Positions 18,296 to 28,401 of a DNA stretch of 64,000 bases are shown in pieces. The notes under the pieces were generated by a model. The model searched no databases and had not been told where the DNA came from. It saw nothing but the letters and a program-made list of their open reading frames with translations. The position numbers and the translations under genes were made by a program. Each line of letters starts with the position of its first letter. The stretch's first letter is position 1. The stretch lies in assembly GCA_964501035.1 (NCBI GenBank), contig CAZCRK010000001.1:1-64000 (forward strand). Direction: 5' to 3'.

Positions 18296-19651
18296 ATGCT
18301 AAATAAAATGAAACATTTAATCTTTTCATTGTTGTTTTTGGTGCCGCTTATCAGCCAAGATACACATTATTTAACAAGTAAAATTGCAATTGAAACATCT
18401 ATACAAGATAAAATTACGTTTGCCATAAATAGAATTATGGATAGATCTGATTTTGTCGTCATGGTAAATGTTGGAATGCAAAAGGGGTATTCACTGAGCT
18501 CATCCGAGAAAACCCAACCTACACCCGATTCTGGTTCATTACAAAACACTTCAAATTCATCGGGCTACACACCTATTCCGGGACTACTTCCAACCGTACC
18601 AAATACAGATGCAACAGTGAATGATAATGCGCAACCAAACCCCAATACGTCAACATATATTTCTGGTTCTAATGGATATCAACTAACTCGTGTTGATATT
18701 GCAGTATATTTGGAAGAGTCTAAGGCTACTGCTGGAGCACAACAAAATATTGAACGACTTATTAGAGAAACTGTACCAGAAACTGCAAATTGTTTTGATT
18801 GCATTCGGTTTGAAACTATGCGCTTTAAAAAAGAAGATGGGAAATCAGAAAATTATAAAGAATTGTTGGCTAAAATTGAAGAACTTGAAAAAGAAAGAAT
18901 TGATGCAGAAAAACAAATTTCTAATTGGAAGTTCGACCAACTCGAAGAACAACTAGCTTCTGCTGAAGACGCTCGGAAAGAATGGGAAGAGCAAGCTAGA
19001 CGAAGAGAATATATTCAATATTTACAAGATTCTACAAGAATGGCTAATCTTGAAGCATTTGAAGTAACACAAAGGGCCAAACAAGATTCACTATTAAAAG
19101 AAACAACATTAAAATTAGATACATCCATAAGCGGGAGGATTGAATCTGAATCCAACACAAAAGATGATTTAATTGATTTGTTAAAATTACAAATCACAAA
19201 CGGCACATTACCTGAAAGCGACGAGTCAGCTACAAACGGATTGTTGGGTATGAAGAAATCAACTCCTTCATCTTCAAATATATTACTTTATGTGTTAATT
19301 GCTGTATTAGGTGTTGCACTGTTGTTCTTATTTTTTCACAAAAAACAACCCCAACCAATATATTTAAAACCAAAGAAGAAACCTGCACCGCAGCCTGAGG
19401 TAGCACCACAACCAGCTGTACAAAAAGAAACACCCAAACCTCAGCCTGTTGAGTCCAATTTAAATCCAACAAGTGCAGATGAAAATGATGATGTAATGCG
19501 TGCTGAAATTAAATCTATTCGCCAATCAGCCGTTTCCATGAGCGTGGGTCAAAAAGAGGGCGCAACCTCAATTGTAAAAGATTGGCTTGATGATACTCCT
19601 TCACCAGAAGCTGATTCAAGCAATGACACTGACGATAAGGATAAGCAATGA
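18296..19651 (+). CDS. Reduced FliF-like ring protein (signal peptide, RBM3-like domain, coiled coil, single TM, FliG-binding-like tail)
   Basis: IETSIQDKI..VVMVNV...LTRVDIAVYLEE...NIERLIRETV resembles the split FliF RBM3/SpoIIIAG domain; TM NILLYVLIAVLGVALLFLFF; tail QKEGATSIVKDWL resembles the FliF C-terminal WL motif; stop overlaps fliG start. Confidence 0.6.
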   Translation: MLNKMKHLIFSLLFLVPLISQDTHYLTSKIAIETSIQDKITFAINRIMDRSDFVVMVNVGMQKGYSLSSSEKTQPTPDSGSLQNTSNSSGYTPIPGLLPTVPNTDATVNDNAQPNPNTSTYISGSNGYQLTRVDIAVYLEESKATAGAQQNIERLIRETVPETANCFDCIRFETMRFKKEDGKSENYKELLAKIEELEKERIDAEKQISNWKFDQLEEQLASAEDARKEWEEQARRREYIQYLQDSTRMANLEAFEVTQRAKQDSLLKETTLKLDTSISGRIESESNTKDDLIDLLKLQITNGTLPESDESATNGLLGMKKSTPSSSNILLYVLIAVLGVALLFLFFHKKQPQPIYLKPKKKPAPQPEVAPQPAVQKETPKPQPVESNLNPTSADENDDVMRAEIKSIRQSAVSMSVGQKEGATSIVKDWLDDTPSPEADSSNDTDDKDKQ

Positions 19652-20580
19652 TGACCTTGCAAGAAAATTTAACCGGACTAGATAAAGCAGCTATTTTGTT
19701 TCAAGTTTTGGGCGAATCATTAGCGCTTACATTATTTCGAGATATTCCAGAGTCAGATATTTTACGCATTCGTGTTAGGTCAAGAGAATTGCGACACATT
19801 TCTATATTGTTAAAAAAATCAGTATTAGAAGAATATTATTTTAAAATGATGTCAGATAAATATAGAAATAATAATAAAAAAGAAACAGGCAAGTTGTTTG
19901 GTTTTTTAGATGAATTAACAAATGAACAAATCCAATATTTACTTGCAAACGAATCTACTCGAGTTGTTGCTTTAGCAACAGATCAATTATCAGAGGATCG
20001 AAAGACAGCTTTCCTTTCAAAATTAGATTCAGAAGAAACCAATGAAATAATTTTTGAGTATGGCAATTTATCTGATATTCCATTAGAGGCAGTTGTAAGT
20101 ATTGCCAACGAATTAAAGAAAAAAGTAACCTTCTTACCTGAACCAAAGGAATTTTCAAGAGGTGGTGGTAAAAGTATTGCAAATATTTTGGGGAATATGT
20201 CTTCTGATGAAGCAGAACAGTATTTAGTAAAAATTAGTCAAGAAGACCCTGAACTGTATGCTGAAGTAAAAAAATATTTCATTACATTTGATGATTTATT
20301 AGATATGCCAGAACATATTATGAGCGAATTTTGGATGAATCCCGATATTGACATTGATGCTTTAGCGAAAGCGCTAAAAGGCTTAGACGAAGACGAAGTG
20401 AAATCTATTGTTGAATATTTACCAAAACGCAAACAGGCTATGTTTACACCTGTTGAAAAACCACTATCTAAAAAAGAGGTGGAAAATGCTCAGCTATCAA
20501 TAGTTGAATTGGCACGAGCAATGGAAAAAGAGGGAAACCTTGATATTGAAGATATTCTCGGCGGCGAATTAATAGAATAA
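19648..20580 (+). CDS. fliG: Rotor protein FliG homolog (divergent)
   Basis: FliG-N LTGLDKAAIL..LG; GG linker (RGGGKSIANIL); DPELYAEVKKYFITFDDL; C-terminal KALKG and EVENAQLSIV..ARAMEKEG. Confidence 0.85.
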   Translation: MMTLQENLTGLDKAAILFQVLGESLALTLFRDIPESDILRIRVRSRELRHISILLKKSVLEEYYFKMMSDKYRNNNKKETGKLFGFLDELTNEQIQYLLANESTRVVALATDQLSEDRKTAFLSKLDSEETNEIIFEYGNLSDIPLEAVVSIANELKKKVTFLPEPKEFSRGGGKSIANILGNMSSDEAEQYLVKISQEDPELYAEVKKYFITFDDLLDMPEHIMSEFWMNPDIDIDALAKALKGLDEDEVKSIVEYLPKRKQAMFTPVEKPLSKKEVENAQLSIVELARAMEKEGNLDIEDILGGELIE

Positions 20581-20600
20581 TTTTAGATAAAAATGCAAAA

Positions 20601-20630
20601 TAAAAAAGGCACCATTTGGTGCCTTTTTTA
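20601..20630. terminator. Bidirectional intrinsic terminator ending the motor operon
   Basis: TAAAAAAGGCACCA-tt-TGGTGCCTTTTTTA between convergent genes. Confidence 0.85.
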
Positions 20631-20639
20631 TACTAACAA

Positions 20640-20680
20640 AATCTGTTAATCTGTTAATCTGTTCTTCTGTTAATTTGTTA
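20640..20680. repeat. Short tandem repeat, 8-bp unit (AATCTGTT) x about 5, degenerate
   Basis: aatctgtt aatctgtt aatctgtt cttctgtt aatttgtt. Confidence 0.7.
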
Positions 20681-22204
20681 TGGTGTTAATATAACATTCA
20701 CTAACAATACCACGTCCAGTACATTTAATGCTCCATCACCATTCATATCTGAACATGCATCATAATTATCTGGACAGTCTGCACACAATATCATATTTAC
20801 TGTAAGCACAACATCTAAAACATTGAGGGTATTGTCGCCATTTGAATCGCCCAACAGACACTCAGATCCACCACCATACGTAAAATCTAAACTAGTTGTA
20901 AAGCTCTCATCATCACCATCACTAAACGAGAATGTTGCCGTATAGTCACCGTCAGTTAGTCCAAGATCACTTAATGGCAAAACAAACTCTGCACCGATGC
21001 CATATTCATGACTTAGTGGTATCATTAAATGACTGGTTCCATTCACTGAAACCAAGCGTTCAACAACCAAATTTGTGTCTGCATCTGAGTAAGTTACTCG
21101 GAGTTCATTTAACTCGCTATTATAATATGCATCCGTTAAAATTGGTAGTGTATTACCGTCTTGAAATTGTGTACTTAACAGCATTAATCCAGGTGTGGTT
21201 TCGTCTAATATCTCAGTTGCAACCTCTGTACCATTTAATCCTGCTTCAATCGTCATACCCGTTGTAATAATTCCACCGTAGGAGTTTGGCCAAACACCCC
21301 AATCAGTATCATTCACAATATAGCTTTGCATCAAAGTAGTATGAAGAGTATTACCAGACACATTATAACTAATATTTGTGGTTACATAATCAAAAGATTC
21401 AATTTCACCAGTATCTAAGTTTCCAACAATTTTTATAAGACCAGGCGTTAATTGCCCAAAGCCACCATCTCCATATCCTACCGCATAGGCAACTGGAGCT
21501 TCAGACTCAGGGTTTACAATACCAACACCATATAAATACCATGGACCAAACAGACCACCTTCATCGCAGCAACCACCATTCATTGAAATAGACAGATAAA
21601 ACCTATCATCGTTATATGTACCTCTTACTGAATAAATATCTTGATCTGATGGTGCATCACCAGTTGGCTCATCAGTTAATTCTTGCAATAAATTTTCACC
21701 CGGTGGCCAGTTTCCACCAACATTTTTCGGTGTTTGAGTAACATACATACTTTCGTATTCTACGCCAAATCCTGTACCATCAACTATACCTGTAATATAG
21801 TATGCAACATTATCACCACCATTTGTGGATGCGGTACAATCCCAAGTATTTTCATACCCTACATCATCCATTTCAAAACACGTTGCATCTACCCAAGATG
21901 ATTGTCCATTTGTTGAAACATGAGCCACTGCTGTTGGATTAGCTTCTAACAATTCTTCTGATACATCTGCCTGTACTACAAACTCTTCTCGCGGCGCAGA
22001 TGATGAAAGATTCTCTAAAAAGTCCTCACGTGATTGGTTTTGTACGGCTTTAAAATCACTTCGTGCTTTCATTGCTTGGTCATAAATTTTTTGCATCATT
22101 TGATGCATAGCCTCTCGACCTATTGCCTCATTTTCTGGTGTTTCAGCGGTTATTAACGACAAAGATAAAATGGTTATCATGCCATAAAACATCCATTTTT
22201 TCAT
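20678..22204 (-). CDS. Secreted acidic protein with C-terminal dockerin type I domain
   Basis: Signal peptide; duplicated Ca-binding repeats GDSNGDNTLNVLDVV and SDMNGDGALNVLDVV. Confidence 0.8.
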   Translation of the reverse strand: MKKWMFYGMITILSLSLITAETPENEAIGREAMHQMMQKIYDQAMKARSDFKAVQNQSREDFLENLSSSAPREEFVVQADVSEELLEANPTAVAHVSTNGQSSWVDATCFEMDDVGYENTWDCTASTNGGDNVAYYITGIVDGTGFGVEYESMYVTQTPKNVGGNWPPGENLLQELTDEPTGDAPSDQDIYSVRGTYNDDRFYLSISMNGGCCDEGGLFGPWYLYGVGIVNPESEAPVAYAVGYGDGGFGQLTPGLIKIVGNLDTGEIESFDYVTTNISYNVSGNTLHTTLMQSYIVNDTDWGVWPNSYGGIITTGMTIEAGLNGTEVATEILDETTPGLMLLSTQFQDGNTLPILTDAYYNSELNELRVTYSDADTNLVVERLVSVNGTSHLMIPLSHEYGIGAEFVLPLSDLGLTDGDYTATFSFSDGDDESFTTSLDFTYGGGSECLLGDSNGDNTLNVLDVVLTVNMILCADCPDNYDACSDMNGDGALNVLDVVLLVNVILTP

Positions 22205-22274
22205 TATTAATCTCCTAAAAATTTATAGTCAAACTTAATACTGCTTCATTGACATTCCACACAATTAAGTTTTA

Positions 22275-22293
22275 ATGTAACAAGTTGTTACAT
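22275..22293. promoter_or_regulatory. 19-bp palindrome, candidate transcription-factor operator
   Basis: ATGTAACAA-G-TTGTTACAT in the intergenic region upstream of the dockerin protein gene. Confidence 0.45.
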
Positions 22294-22294
22294 C

Positions 22295-24991
22295 TTAGTT
22301 GTTTAAGACAGATTGAGCTGCTGACAACCTAGCAATAGGCACTCTATAAGGAGAACAACTTACATAATCTAATCCAGCATTGTGAAAAAATTGAATTGAA
22401 TTTGGATCACCACCATGTTCACCACATACACCAATTTTTAATGTTGGATTTTTACACCTGCCTTTATCTACCCCCATTTTTACTAATTGTCCAACACCAC
22501 ATTGGTCAATAGATTGAAACGGATCACCAGGAAGCATTTTTTCAGATAAGTATAGAGGGAGAAATCCGCCTATGTCATCACGTGAAAATCCAAATGTAGT
22601 TTGAGTTAAATCATTGGTACCAAAGGAAAAGAATTCAGCAACACCAGCAATTTCATCTGCTGTGAGACATGCACGAGGTAATTCAATCATAGTTCCAACC
22701 AAATACTTAAATTTTGTACCTGTTTCTGTCATAACATGTTCTGCCACAGATGTAACAATTTTCTTTTGATGGGTTAGTTCTTTATCCGTTCCAATTAGAG
22801 GAATCATAATTTCTGGGAATGGTTTATATCCCTCTGAAATCAGTTGAGCTGTAGCCTCACATATAGCTCGTGATTGCATCTCGGTTATTTCAGGATATGC
22901 AATTCCTAGCCTGCAACCACGATGACCTAACATTGGATTCAGTTCATGAAGTGCTTCAATTCGTTTTGCTAAATCATCACTTTTGATTTGCAAGTCTTGA
23001 GCAATTTCTTCAATTTTATGTTCATCTTGAGGTAGAAATTCGTGTAATGGGGGATCCAATAGACGAATGGTTACTGGATGTGGAGCCATTGCTTTCAGAA
23101 TACCGTAAAAATCTTCTCGTTGGAAAGGTAGCAGTTTCATTACAGAATTTCTACGGTCATTTTTGTTATCTGACACAATCATTTGACGCATTATTCTGAT
23201 TCTTTTCGGGTCAAAAAACATATGCTCTGTTCGACACAACCCAATTCCTTCAGCGCCAAAGTTACGTGCAATTTGGGCATCATTTGGGCTATCTGCATTC
23301 GTACGGATGTTTAGCTTTCTGATATCATCAGCCATTTGCATTAATTCGATGTAGTTTGGATTTTCTTCCAAAACGGGGTCAACCAATTTTAATGCACCTA
23401 AGTACACATTACCACTAGAACCATTGAGTGTTAACCAATCGCCCTCTTTTAACACTGTATCATCAACGGTGAGTGTTTTATGTTCATTATCAATTTCCAG
23501 AGAAGCACAACCAACCACACAACATTTTCCCCAACCTCTTGCAACCAAGGCAGCATGCGATGTCATTCCACCCCGTGCAGTTAAAATTGCCTCCGATGCA
23601 TGCATTCCGTGGATATCTTCAGGTGAGGTTTCGCTACGAACTAGTACAACTTTTTTGCCTTTTGCTTTCCACTGTTCGGCATCATTTGCAGTAAAAACAA
23701 TTTGCCCAGAACCTCCCCCTGGTCCTGCTGGAAGACCCGTTGCAAACAATGTTGCATCTTGCTCTGCACTTGATTGAATCATTGGGTGCATAATTTCATC
23801 TAATTGAGATGGTTTCACGCGCTTTATGGCTTCTTCTTTAGAAATTAATCCTTCTTTTTTCATTTCAATAGCCATTCGAATTGAAGCGGTTCCGTTTCGT
23901 TTACCCTTTCGTGTTTGGAGCATCCATAAACGTTTATTTTGAATGGTAAATTCAATATCCTGCATATCTCGATAATGTGCTTCTAACTGATTACGAATAC
24001 CGACTAATTCATTATACATCTCAGGAAAATTGTCCTCAAGACTAATTAAAGTAGCTGATTCTGAATTTCGGCTATCGTTATTCAATGGATTTGGGGTACG
24101 CGTTCCAGCAACCACATCTTCACCCTGAGCATTGATGAGCCATTCACCGTAAAATGCATTTTCTCCTGTTGCAGGATTGCGAGTAAAGGCAACTCCTGTT
24201 GCACTATCTTCACCCATATTTCCAAATACCATAGCTTGAATATTGACGGCTGTTCCCCATCGGTTTGGAATGTTTTCTATTTTACGATAGTTAACTGCCC
24301 GCTTTCCATTCCAAGATTTAAACACAGCTGTAATTGCTCCCCAAAGTTGTGCGTTTGCATCATCTGGGAAATCTTTATGTAAGACACTTTTTATCGTTTG
24401 TTTAAACAAATTTGCAATTTCTTTTAAATCATCAACGGATAATTCTGTATCCAAAGAAATTCCCAATTCATGTTTCTTTTTGTCCAAAATTAACTCTAAT
24501 TGTTCCCGAATACCATGTCCATCATTTGGCTCAATACCTTCAGATTTTTCCATGACTACGTCTGCATACATCATAATTAGTCGTCGATATGCATCGTACA
24601 CAAATCGAGGGTTATTTGTTTTTTCAATCAACCCCGGGATGGTTTTACTGGTTAACCCTACATTTAAAACAGTTTCCATCATACCCGGCATTGACTGACG
24701 AGCCCCAGACCTAACAGAAACTAAAAGAGGGTTTTCAGAAGAACCAAAGGATTGTTCCATTACATCTTCAATTTTATTCATTTGAGAAAAACATTCATCT
24801 TCTAAGTGTGCAGGATACGAAGTGTTGTCCATAAAATAGTTACACACATCGGTAGTGATTGTAAAGCCCGGAGGTACTGGAATGTTAAGCCGTGTCATTT
24901 CAGCGAGATTTGCTCCTTTCCCTCCCAATAGATTTCTATCGTTGGATGTTCCATCAGCGTGTCCCGAACCAAAAAAATATACATATTTCAT
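22295..24991 (-). CDS. ppdK: Pyruvate, phosphate dikinase
   Basis: LLGGKGANLAEM, LLVSVRSGA, GGMTSHAA (phospho-His), GIGLCRTEHMF, NPMLGHRGCR, SFGTNDLTQ, GVCGEHGG. Confidence 0.98.
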   Translation of the reverse strand: MKYVYFFGSGHADGTSNDRNLLGGKGANLAEMTRLNIPVPPGFTITTDVCNYFMDNTSYPAHLEDECFSQMNKIEDVMEQSFGSSENPLLVSVRSGARQSMPGMMETVLNVGLTSKTIPGLIEKTNNPRFVYDAYRRLIMMYADVVMEKSEGIEPNDGHGIREQLELILDKKKHELGISLDTELSVDDLKEIANLFKQTIKSVLHKDFPDDANAQLWGAITAVFKSWNGKRAVNYRKIENIPNRWGTAVNIQAMVFGNMGEDSATGVAFTRNPATGENAFYGEWLINAQGEDVVAGTRTPNPLNNDSRNSESATLISLEDNFPEMYNELVGIRNQLEAHYRDMQDIEFTIQNKRLWMLQTRKGKRNGTASIRMAIEMKKEGLISKEEAIKRVKPSQLDEIMHPMIQSSAEQDATLFATGLPAGPGGGSGQIVFTANDAEQWKAKGKKVVLVRSETSPEDIHGMHASEAILTARGGMTSHAALVARGWGKCCVVGCASLEIDNEHKTLTVDDTVLKEGDWLTLNGSSGNVYLGALKLVDPVLEENPNYIELMQMADDIRKLNIRTNADSPNDAQIARNFGAEGIGLCRTEHMFFDPKRIRIMRQMIVSDNKNDRRNSVMKLLPFQREDFYGILKAMAPHPVTIRLLDPPLHEFLPQDEHKIEEIAQDLQIKSDDLAKRIEALHELNPMLGHRGCRLGIAYPEITEMQSRAICEATAQLISEGYKPFPEIMIPLIGTDKELTHQKKIVTSVAEHVMTETGTKFKYLVGTMIELPRACLTADEIAGVAEFFSFGTNDLTQTTFGFSRDDIGGFLPLYLSEKMLPGDPFQSIDQCGVGQLVKMGVDKGRCKNPTLKIGVCGEHGGDPNSIQFFHNAGLDYVSCSPYRVPIARLSAAQSVLNN

Positions 24992-25120
24992 GTTTTAATC
25001 CCTTAAAAGAATAAGATTTTCAAACTTAAATTTAGACAACTTAGTATTAATTTAAATAATTAAAATCTTATAATTTATTCCTTTAAAACATCACTTGTTT
25101 TTAAGGTAAATTCTCACTGT

Positions 25121-26641
25121 ATGCCACGATTAATTCTACTACTCATTATCATTTTTGCTACTGCCTGTCGGATTGAACCGGACAACACCCAGCTTGCATT
25201 AGTAATGCCTGGTGATCCAAAGAGTTTAGACCCAGCATTTGCAACAGATGTTAGGTCGGGCCAGCTTGTAGCATTACTGTACGATAATTTGGTGAAATTT
25301 GGACATGGGAATGATATTCTTCCCTCTATTGCTTCATCTTGGGATATTAGCGATGATGGTACGAATTATATATTTTATTTAAGAAGTGATATCAAATTTC
25401 AAAACGAACAACTATTAACAGCCAAGGATGTTCAATTTTCGTTTGAACGAATTTTAAATCCACAGACAAAATCACATCGAAAATGGTTGTTTTCCAATAT
25501 TAAAGGTGCACAGTCATTTGTTGATGGAAAAACGAACAGTGTTGAAGGAATAAAAGTTTATAATGACACAACGTTAACAATTATTCTCGAAAATGCATTT
25601 ACTCCTTTTATAGGGTTTTTAGCAATGCCGTCGGCTTCTATTGTTACTATTGATAAAAAAAATCAAATCGTAGGAACAGGACCGTGGAAACTGAAAGAGT
25701 GGATTCATGATGGTCATATTTTACTTGATAGAAATGAGAATTATTTCAGTCAACCATCAAAATTGTCTTCACTAAAAATACGCATATTACCCGAAGCATT
25801 ACCACGAACAGCAGAATTTATTACGGGATATTTAGATATAATGGATGTTCCAGAATCTGAATATAGTTTATGGGAATCTGACTCAGAATGGGCTCCTTAT
25901 ATTCAAAAAACAAACGACTTAAACACCTACTATATTGGTTTGAATTGTAGCCGTCCTCCTTTTGACAATAAGTTGGTTCGCCAAGCGGTAAATTATGCTG
26001 TCAATATTGATGCAATTATTACATCGGTAAAACATAATAATTGTCAGTTTGCAAAGGGACCCACACCCCCGGGACTTCTACCAGAAAAACGTGACAAGGT
26101 ATATTATTATAATCCTGAAAAAGCAAAATCTTTGTTGGTTCAAGCTGGTTTCGATAATGGATTTGAAGTGGATTTGTGGCAAAGTCAGTCATCTGATCTA
26201 TTATTTGTTACGGAAGCGATACAAGCACAATTAGCAGAAGTGGGTATTACGGTAAACATTATTCGTAATGATTGGAACATGTACAGCAAAGCAGTTCGAG
26301 AAGGTGTACCTGATATGTATTATCGGTCGTGGTATGCTGACTATCCAGATGCAGAGAATTTTTTAACACCATTATTTGAATCAGAAGTGAGTAAAAAACG
26401 ATGGACTCGGTATGCTAATAGTGAATTAGATTCAATAATTTATCGAATTCAAGTTGAGTTAGATGAAGATGTGAGAGATAATCTTATCATGCATGCCAAT
26501 CATATTTTGGTTAAAGATGCTCCGTGGGTTTACTTATGGCATTCTCAATCTGTTGTAATTACAAACCCAAAACTGCGTGGGTGGTCTCCAAGTTTAATGT
26601 TTAATGCAGAAAAATATACCGAAGTTTTTAAACATGATTAA
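25121..26641 (+). CDS. Peptide/nickel ABC transporter substrate-binding lipoprotein (family 5)
   Basis: Lipobox ATAC; SLDPA, LYDNLV, ASSWDIS, GTGPW, PFDNKLVRQA. Confidence 0.92.
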   Translation: MPRLILLLIIIFATACRIEPDNTQLALVMPGDPKSLDPAFATDVRSGQLVALLYDNLVKFGHGNDILPSIASSWDISDDGTNYIFYLRSDIKFQNEQLLTAKDVQFSFERILNPQTKSHRKWLFSNIKGAQSFVDGKTNSVEGIKVYNDTTLTIILENAFTPFIGFLAMPSASIVTIDKKNQIVGTGPWKLKEWIHDGHILLDRNENYFSQPSKLSSLKIRILPEALPRTAEFITGYLDIMDVPESEYSLWESDSEWAPYIQKTNDLNTYYIGLNCSRPPFDNKLVRQAVNYAVNIDAIITSVKHNNCQFAKGPTPPGLLPEKRDKVYYYNPEKAKSLLVQAGFDNGFEVDLWQSQSSDLLFVTEAIQAQLAEVGITVNIIRNDWNMYSKAVREGVPDMYYRSWYADYPDAENFLTPLFESEVSKKRWTRYANSELDSIIYRIQVELDEDVRDNLIMHANHILVKDAPWVYLWHSQSVVITNPKLRGWSPSLMFNAEKYTEVFKHD

Positions 26642-27575
26642 CTTTATAATCAAACGCATATTGCAAGGGATACCGGTAATTTTGGGTGTACTTACTATCT
26701 CATTTTTACTTATGAATGTAGCACCTGGCGATCCTGTCCTTGCAATGGTGGGGGACTACTATGATGAATCAACCCTAGAATCTTTACGAGAAGAACTGGG
26801 GTTGAATGAACCACTTCCAATTCAATATGTACATTTCATTGGAAACATTTTAAGTGGTGATTTTGGCACATCATTTATGACTAATCGTCCTGTTGTTTCT
26901 GACCTTTTACAAAAGATACCATTTACCCTTCAGTTGGCGATATCCGCAATGTGTATTGCAACCATATTTGGAGTTTTGTTAGGGATATTTTCAGCACTAA
27001 AAAAGGGTTCTATTTGGGATAGACTAGCCATTATAGTTTCATTAGGTGGAATTTCTGCTCCGGTATTTTGGATTGCATTATTATTGATTTTATGGGTGGG
27101 AGTGCATTTACAGTGGTTACCTCCTACAGGATATGGAGGGTTATCATTTTTAGTACTTCCAGCTATTGCACTAGGAACTCGTTCCATGGCTATGCTAGCG
27201 CGTACATCACGGGCATTTATGTTAGACGTTTTAAGCGAAGATTATATGCGAACAGCACGTGCTAAAGGATTGTCAGAAACAGTCGTTGTTTTAAAGCACG
27301 GACTTCGAAATGTACTGATTCCCCTAATTACAATTGTTGCTATGGATTTTGGAAGTTACTTGTCGGGTGCAGTTCTCACTGAATCAATTTTTGGATGGCC
27401 AGGAGTAGGACGGTTTGCACTCAATGCTATCATGAAACGAGATTTTCCTGTGATTCAGGGGACCGTATTGTTTATGGCAATTATTTTTGTCTGTATCAAC
27501 ATTTTAGTGGATATTTTGTATGCTTGGACCGACCCTCGTGTAAGACGTTCATTATTGGGCAATAAACATGAATAA
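26634..27575 (+). CDS. Peptide ABC transporter permease (DppB/OppB-like)
   Basis: PGDP, GDFGTS, DYMRTARAKGL, RDFPVIQG; ATG at 26634 preferred over the ORF-track start. Confidence 0.92.
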   Translation: MINFIIKRILQGIPVILGVLTISFLLMNVAPGDPVLAMVGDYYDESTLESLREELGLNEPLPIQYVHFIGNILSGDFGTSFMTNRPVVSDLLQKIPFTLQLAISAMCIATIFGVLLGIFSALKKGSIWDRLAIIVSLGGISAPVFWIALLLILWVGVHLQWLPPTGYGGLSFLVLPAIALGTRSMAMLARTSRAFMLDVLSEDYMRTARAKGLSETVVVLKHGLRNVLIPLITIVAMDFGSYLSGAVLTESIFGWPGVGRFALNAIMKRDFPVIQGTVLFMAIIFVCINILVDILYAWTDPRVRRSLLGNKHE

Positions 27576-28401
27576 GCAAAAACCAATTATACATAAAATA
27601 ATGAGATATACATCTATTCAAATCGGGTTGGTTATTATAATTATGTTCATACTTGCAATGATGTTTTCAATCAATCTCCAATCTCCATTAACCCAATCGT
27701 TGGAAAACAGATTACTTCCATTTAATTCTGAGCATCATCTACTTGGCACAGATCACTTTGGACGGGATGTGTTTAGTCGAATTGTAAGTGGGGCATTTGT
27801 GTCATTGCGTGTGGGCATTCTCGCAAGTAGTATTTCAATGATAATTGGTGTTTTGTTGGGATTATTATCAGGATATTTTGGTGGTAAAATAGATTCAATT
27901 ATTATGCGATTTACCGATATTATGATGGCATTTCCAGTACTTTTATTTTTGATTGCAATTTCTGCAACATTTAACCCAGGTATTGATACAGCACTATTTG
28001 CAATTGGTTGTGTTTCATGGCCACCCATGGCTCGACTCATGCGAGGACAGGTATTAAGCATTCAAAGCAAAGAATTTGTGCAATCTGCTCATGCAATGGG
28101 GTACGCACATTTCAGGGTGATTTTTCATCATATTTTACCTAATTGCATTGCACCAATAATTGTAACCTTTACCCTGGGGATATCCGGTGCAATAATGGCA
28201 GAATCAAGTTTGTCATTTTTGGGATTAGGTGTTCAACCTCCAACACCAAGTTGGGGGGCCATGATTAATGAGGGCAAAGATTTTTTACGTATTGCTCCCT
28301 CAATGTCACTTTTTCCCGGCCTGGCCATTGCTCTCACTGTTTTAGCATTCAATTTGATTGGCGAGGGGTTACGAGACGTGTTGGATGTTAAACAAAAATA
28401 A
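27568..28401 (+). CDS. Peptide ABC transporter permease (DppC/OppC-like)
   Basis: LLGTDHFGRDVFSR, HILPN, ESSLSFLGLG, PSWG. Confidence 0.92.
   Translation: MNKQKPIIHKIMRYTSIQIGLVIIIMFILAMMFSINLQSPLTQSLENRLLPFNSEHHLLGTDHFGRDVFSRIVSGAFVSLRVGILASSISMIIGVLLGLLSGYFGGKIDSIIMRFTDIMMAFPVLLFLIAISATFNPGIDTALFAIGCVSWPPMARLMRGQVLSIQSKEFVQSAHAMGYAHFRVIFHHILPNCIAPIIVTFTLGISGAIMAESSLSFLGLGVQPPTPSWGAMINEGKDFLRIAPSMSLFPGLAIALTVLAFNLIGEGLRDVLDVKQK

Noticed and set aside
25121..28401. Peptide ABC cluster lacking ATPase genes as a novel transporter
   Set aside because: ATPase genes are commonly encoded elsewhere; cannot be judged from this window.
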